64,000 nt of DNA from an uncultured Alphaproteobacteria bacterium (lineage in GTDB: Bacteria; Pseudomonadota; Alphaproteobacteria; Sphingomonadales; Sphingomonadaceae): contig CBIHKY010000009.1 of the NCBI GenBank assembly GCA_966205705.1, positions 401 through 64,400 of the forward strand, in the 5' to 3' direction. Numbering within the stretch: the stretch's first letter is position 1; the number at the start of each line of letters is the position of its first letter. Of the stretch, positions 60,694 through 64,000 are shown one piece after another. Position numbers and translations under genes: made by a program. The notes beneath the pieces were generated by a model. It saw only the letters and a program-made list of their open reading frames with translations. It ran no database searches and was not told where the DNA came from.

Positions 60694-61425
60694 TCAAAGG
60701 AAGTTGTTGGGCCAGATCATCGTGCGCCACATGTGCGATGTCGGGGAGGCATCCATGCCCAGGCCTTCTTCAGGCTGCTTGAAGTTGCGCCCGATCAGAT
60801 CGGTGAACTCATCGGGGTCCACCGCCGGGCCACCATCAAAGAAATAGATGTCGTACATGGTGACGAGGCGCGAGGTCATGTACCAGCGGTGGTTGCGGGC
60901 AAAGTCCGCATCGCGCTTGATATAGGCAGGCGGCACATAGTCGGAGCCGAAGAAGCGATTATAGCTCTCGGGATATTCATAGCCGACGGATTCATCCGCA
61001 AAATAGCGCAGTGGCTGATGATATTGCACGGCCCATGCGACCTCTTCACTCACATAAGGCGCGACCATCTGGCCGCTCCAATAGCCATGATCGGAGCGGA
61101 TGAGGCAGCCATTGGATATGTCGTGCAACATACAGGCCATCACGACCTTTTCCTCCTGCCCGCCATCCAGCGCGCGCTTGGCGCTCGTAAGCAGGTGGCG
61201 CACGGTCATGTCACTGAAGCGATGCTTGAAGAAATCGATGAGTGTCGGCTTCTCCGGCATGACAGACAGGGCGGGATTATTGCCCATCATGAAGACATGG
61301 TCAGCATCCATCTTGGCGATCAATGCGGGTTCTGGATCATGAAGGTCCGTGCCGATGCGGCCGACCGGGGCTGGGACGATCATGCGCGTGCGGCCTGCCT
61401 GCGGAAAAATATGATCGTCGCACAT
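60694..61425 (-). CDS. HD-domain protein, unknown function
   Basis: RHLL...LHDI...DHG...YHQ...YD metal-ligand pattern; AGGAG RBS. Confidence 0.78.
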   Translation of the reverse strand: MCDDHIFPQAGRTRMIVPAPVGRIGTDLHDPEPALIAKMDADHVFMMGNNPALSVMPEKPTLIDFFKHRFSDMTVRHLLTSAKRALDGGQEEKVVMACMLHDISNGCLIRSDHGYWSGQMVAPYVSEEVAWAVQYHQPLRYFADESVGYEYPESYNRFFGSDYVPPAYIKRDADFARNHRWYMTSRLVTMYDIYFFDGGPAVDPDEFTDLIGRNFKQPEEGLGMDASPTSHMWRTMIWPNNFL

Positions 61426-61555
61426 GATTATCTCCTGACTCGCTGGAGCTATTTTAGCGCACAGTCGCGGTCATTACTCACTTAATTCTGGCACTTCTGG
61501 GAGGTATTTGGTCATAGTCTGCCATAATGGTCTTCTCGAACGATGAATTATGACT

Positions 61556-62026
61556 TCATGGGATCGGCAGCTGGCTCGAATCCTTGATGGCCTCCAGCGC
61601 GAATGTCGTTCGCATATCCTGCACGCCGGGTAATTTGAGCAGCACCTGCTGTACCAGATGCGAAAAGGCATCAATGTCGCGCGCAACCACCTTGAGCAGG
61701 AAATCAAATTGCCCTGCTGTGATGTAGCAGCCGACGATGGAAGGCTCGGCAAGCACAGCCTTCTTGAAGCGCTCGATGATCGTCGCATCACCGGTTTGCG
61801 GCACTTTGATCTCGACATAGGCAAGGATGCCAAGGCCGATTTTCCGGCGGTCGAGCTGCGCTGCATAGCCTGCAATATAGCCAGCCTCCTCCAACTGGCG
61901 AACGCGGCGCAGGCATGGGCTGGGTGACATGCCGATCTGCTCGGCAAGCGCGACGTTGGTCAGCTTGCCGTCGCTTTGGAGCGCTTGCAGGATCTTGCGA
62001 TCGGTGGAGGAGAGTATGTCCGTCAT
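61556..62026 (-). CDS. Lrp/AsnC family regulator
   Basis: DRKIL..LQ.DG.LTN..LAE.IGMSPSPCLRRVR.LE, G.FD.LLKV. Confidence 0.94.
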   Translation of the reverse strand: MTDILSSTDRKILQALQSDGKLTNVALAEQIGMSPSPCLRRVRQLEEAGYIAGYAAQLDRRKIGLGILAYVEIKVPQTGDATIIERFKKAVLAEPSIVGCYITAGQFDFLLKVVARDIDAFSHLVQQVLLKLPGVQDMRTTFALEAIKDSSQLPIP

Positions 62027-62160
62027 GCACAAGACCTGCGGCGATCGGCACGCTTTTACAAGCGTAGTTCCAGATGTGGCAGTCGATGAATCCAAAAAGG
62101 TCACAGACCGGCGGATCGCGCGGCGGTAAGAGTTCGGCAGAACAAGATGGGGAGAGAGAT

Positions 62161-63156
62161 ATGCTGACGGCGAACAAGCTCCAGGCGTTGAAATTTGCAG
62201 GCAGCGCTATTCTGATGGCGACGCTGGGTGCAGGCACCGTCTCCGGGCAAGCCCCTCAACAAAATCCCGCTGCCGCCGGGCTGGCTCGTGAGATTGCAGA
62301 AGGCCCTGCGCGGGCCATAAAGGATGGCGCTGTGCCAGACAGCAAGGGCAGCGGCGCGTACGTTGCGATGAAGCATCAGGTCGCTGGGCTTCCGGGTCAT
62401 GTTATCTACCAGTCTGCCAATCTTGCAGCGCTCGGCAAACGCAAGATGCCGCTCTACATATTCGGCAATGGCGCTTGCTCGGAGGATGCGGCATCCTCGC
62501 GTCAGCATCTGCTGGAGGTGGCTTCGCACGGCTATCTCGCCATCGCACCGGGCGGTATTTACAGCGGCCCCGGTATCGCGATGACGGTCGAGAGCATCGC
62601 AAAGCATAATAGCAGGACGGTCCACACACAGCTTGGCGAGGCGATCGATTGGGCGATTGCCGAGAACGAGCGGCGCGGCAGCCCGTTGTTCGGGCGGCTC
62701 GACACAAGCCGTATCGCCGTGTCCGGCTATTCCTGCGGCGGCATTCAGGCGCTCAAATATGCAGGCGATCCGCGGGTCACTACGCTGGTGATCATGAACA
62801 GTGGCATCTTGGATGCCAAGACGCCGCAAATGGGCGAGATGAGGGCCGACAAGGACTTGCTCGGTAAGATCAATGTGCCGACCCTTTATGTGCTGGGTGG
62901 CCCGAGCGACATTGCCTATCCCAACGGTATGGATGATTTCGCGCGGCTCACAGTCATCCCCTCGGCGGTGATCAATATCGATGTTGGGCATAAAGGCACT
63001 TATGGCGCGCCCAATGGCGGTGCGGCGGCGCAGGCTGTGGTGGCCTGGCTCGATTGGCAATTGCGAGGCGACAAGACAGCGTCGACGTTGTTCGTCGGCA
63101 AGGATTGTAAGCTGTGCACCGACAAGACATGGACGATTGATCGCCACAATATGTGA
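62161..63156 (+). CDS. Secreted alpha/beta hydrolase (esterase/cutinase-like)
   Basis: Signal peptide; GYSCGG nucleophile elbow, downstream Asp (GG.SDIA) and GH. Confidence 0.8.
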   Translation: MLTANKLQALKFAGSAILMATLGAGTVSGQAPQQNPAAAGLAREIAEGPARAIKDGAVPDSKGSGAYVAMKHQVAGLPGHVIYQSANLAALGKRKMPLYIFGNGACSEDAASSRQHLLEVASHGYLAIAPGGIYSGPGIAMTVESIAKHNSRTVHTQLGEAIDWAIAENERRGSPLFGRLDTSRIAVSGYSCGGIQALKYAGDPRVTTLVIMNSGILDAKTPQMGEMRADKDLLGKINVPTLYVLGGPSDIAYPNGMDDFARLTVIPSAVINIDVGHKGTYGAPNGGAAAQAVVAWLDWQLRGDKTASTLFVGKDCKLCTDKTWTIDRHNM

Positions 63157-63240
63157 AAGGGTGGCGATGCGTTTGGCCCGGTTGATCAAGGAGCGCGATG
63201 GGGCCATTGTCGCGCACTAATCAACAGGGCGCGCAGCATA

Positions 63241-63690
63241 ATGAGCCAAGACCGTAAAATCCCGCCCTTCGAGGAATCGCTGGCGGCGACCCTGCTCGGC
63301 GCCAAAGAAGCGGTGATCGGCCCGATGCGGCTGCAATTGCGGGCCTATGATATCACCGAGCCACAATGGCGCGTGCTGCGGGTTATCAATGATCGGGGCG
63401 ATATCGATGCGACGAGCCTGGCCGATGTTGGCCTGCTGCATGCACCCAGCGTCACGCGCATCCTCAAAGATCTGGAGGCGCGCAAGTTGATTGTGCGGCA
63501 GGTTGACCCGAGCGACCGCAGGCGGGTGTCGCTGATCCTCTCGGCAGAGGGGCGGGGTGTGGTCGAGGCCGTGTCTCGCCATGTGATGGAGATCATGGAT
63601 CATTATGCCGCGCGGTTTGGTGCGGACCGGTTGGAGCGGTTGGGGACCGAACTGCGGGCGCTTTCGGCGGCGATCAAAGAGGCTGAGTAG
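63241..63690 (+). CDS. MarR family regulator (HpaR-like)
   Basis: ITEPQWRVLR.I, L...SVTRIL..LE....I.R...D.RR. Confidence 0.9.
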   Translation: MSQDRKIPPFEESLAATLLGAKEAVIGPMRLQLRAYDITEPQWRVLRVINDRGDIDATSLADVGLLHAPSVTRILKDLEARKLIVRQVDPSDRRRVSLILSAEGRGVVEAVSRHVMEIMDHYAARFGADRLERLGTELRALSAAIKEAE

Positions 63691-63718
63691 ATGCTCCAAA
63701 TAGCTCTTGCGTGAAATT

Positions 63719-63734
63719 ACTTATCAAGTTAAGT
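63719..63734. promoter_or_regulatory. Candidate MarR operator
   Basis: ACTTA-N6-TAAGT palindrome in AT-rich DNA after the marR gene. Confidence 0.5.
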
Positions 63735-63788
63735 TTATCCCTATTGGAGAGGTGATAAGCTTGCCGAATAGCGCAGTTCATTGCAGGA

Positions 63789-63871
63789 CACCCCGAACTT
63801 GATCCGGGGTCCCGCTGCCTTTGCGCACGCCCGCCAGAAAAGTGAGATCCCGGGTCAAGCCCGGGATGACG
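63789..63871. repeat. CGTC-tagged double-REP element, copy 3
   Basis: caccccgaacttgatccggggtcccgc...gatcccgggtcaagcccgggatgacg. Confidence 0.88.
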
Positions 63872-63930
63872 CGGAGGCTGGGGCAGCCCTCTTCCTCAGC
63901 ACACCCGCATTCACCAGTGAGGCTTGAACG

Positions 63931-64000
63931 ATGAAACCCTTCGCTCTTCACGATCTCGTCGACGACCGGCCCCATGACGGCGTGTTCCGCGTTGCGCGCA
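63931..64000 (+). CDS. N-terminus of a probable Rieske aromatic ring-hydroxylating dioxygenase alpha subunit (runs off window)
   Basis: MKPFALHDLVDDRPHDGVFRVAR resembles the LVDDR..G.FRV.R start of these subunits; GAGG RBS; only 23 codons visible. Confidence 0.6.
   Translation, partial: MKPFALHDLVDDRPHDGVFRVAR

Noticed and set aside
63778-63975. Minus-strand ORF reading through the REP
   Set aside because: The plus strand gives a better gene start with RBS; the minus ORF is mostly repeat sequence
1-64000. CRISPR array, rRNA, intact transposase, prophage or defence genes
   Set aside because: No regularly spaced repeat-spacer array or corresponding motifs seen

Overview
GC-rich alphaproteobacterial chromosome segment. 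Gene content and order (aroQ-accB-accC, ThiS-ThiG fusion, MBL-nadA-nadC-RNase T2, aroA-cmk-rpsA-ihfB, several TonB-dependent receptors) are typical of Sphingomonadales. The housekeeping backbone carries three tRNAs (Leu-TAA, Ala-GGC, Gly-GCC) and is interspersed with accessory blocks. (1) A two-subunit molybdenum hydroxylase with its cofactor maturation genes. (2) A ~15 kb block 3' of tRNA-Ala, in which a FecI/FecR/STN-receptor cell-surface signalling cassette is flanked by two amidohydrolase-superfamily enzymes with twin-arginine leaders (one LigW-like), an RND pump and a second receptor. (3) A decayed integrative element at tRNA-Gly. (4) A probable general-stress cluster (topoisomerase IB, DksA/TraR, YqcI/YcgG plus DUF1989) with EcfG-type promoter motifs. 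(5) An iron-uptake pair with a Fur-like box. (6) The start of a probable aromatic catabolic cluster (ActP, HD-domain protein, Lrp, secreted hydrolase, MarR, Rieske oxygenase N-terminus at the window edge). Several CGTC-tagged REP-like palindromes are present and no CRISPR array was seen. All protein calls rest on motifs recognised by eye; no database searches were run.
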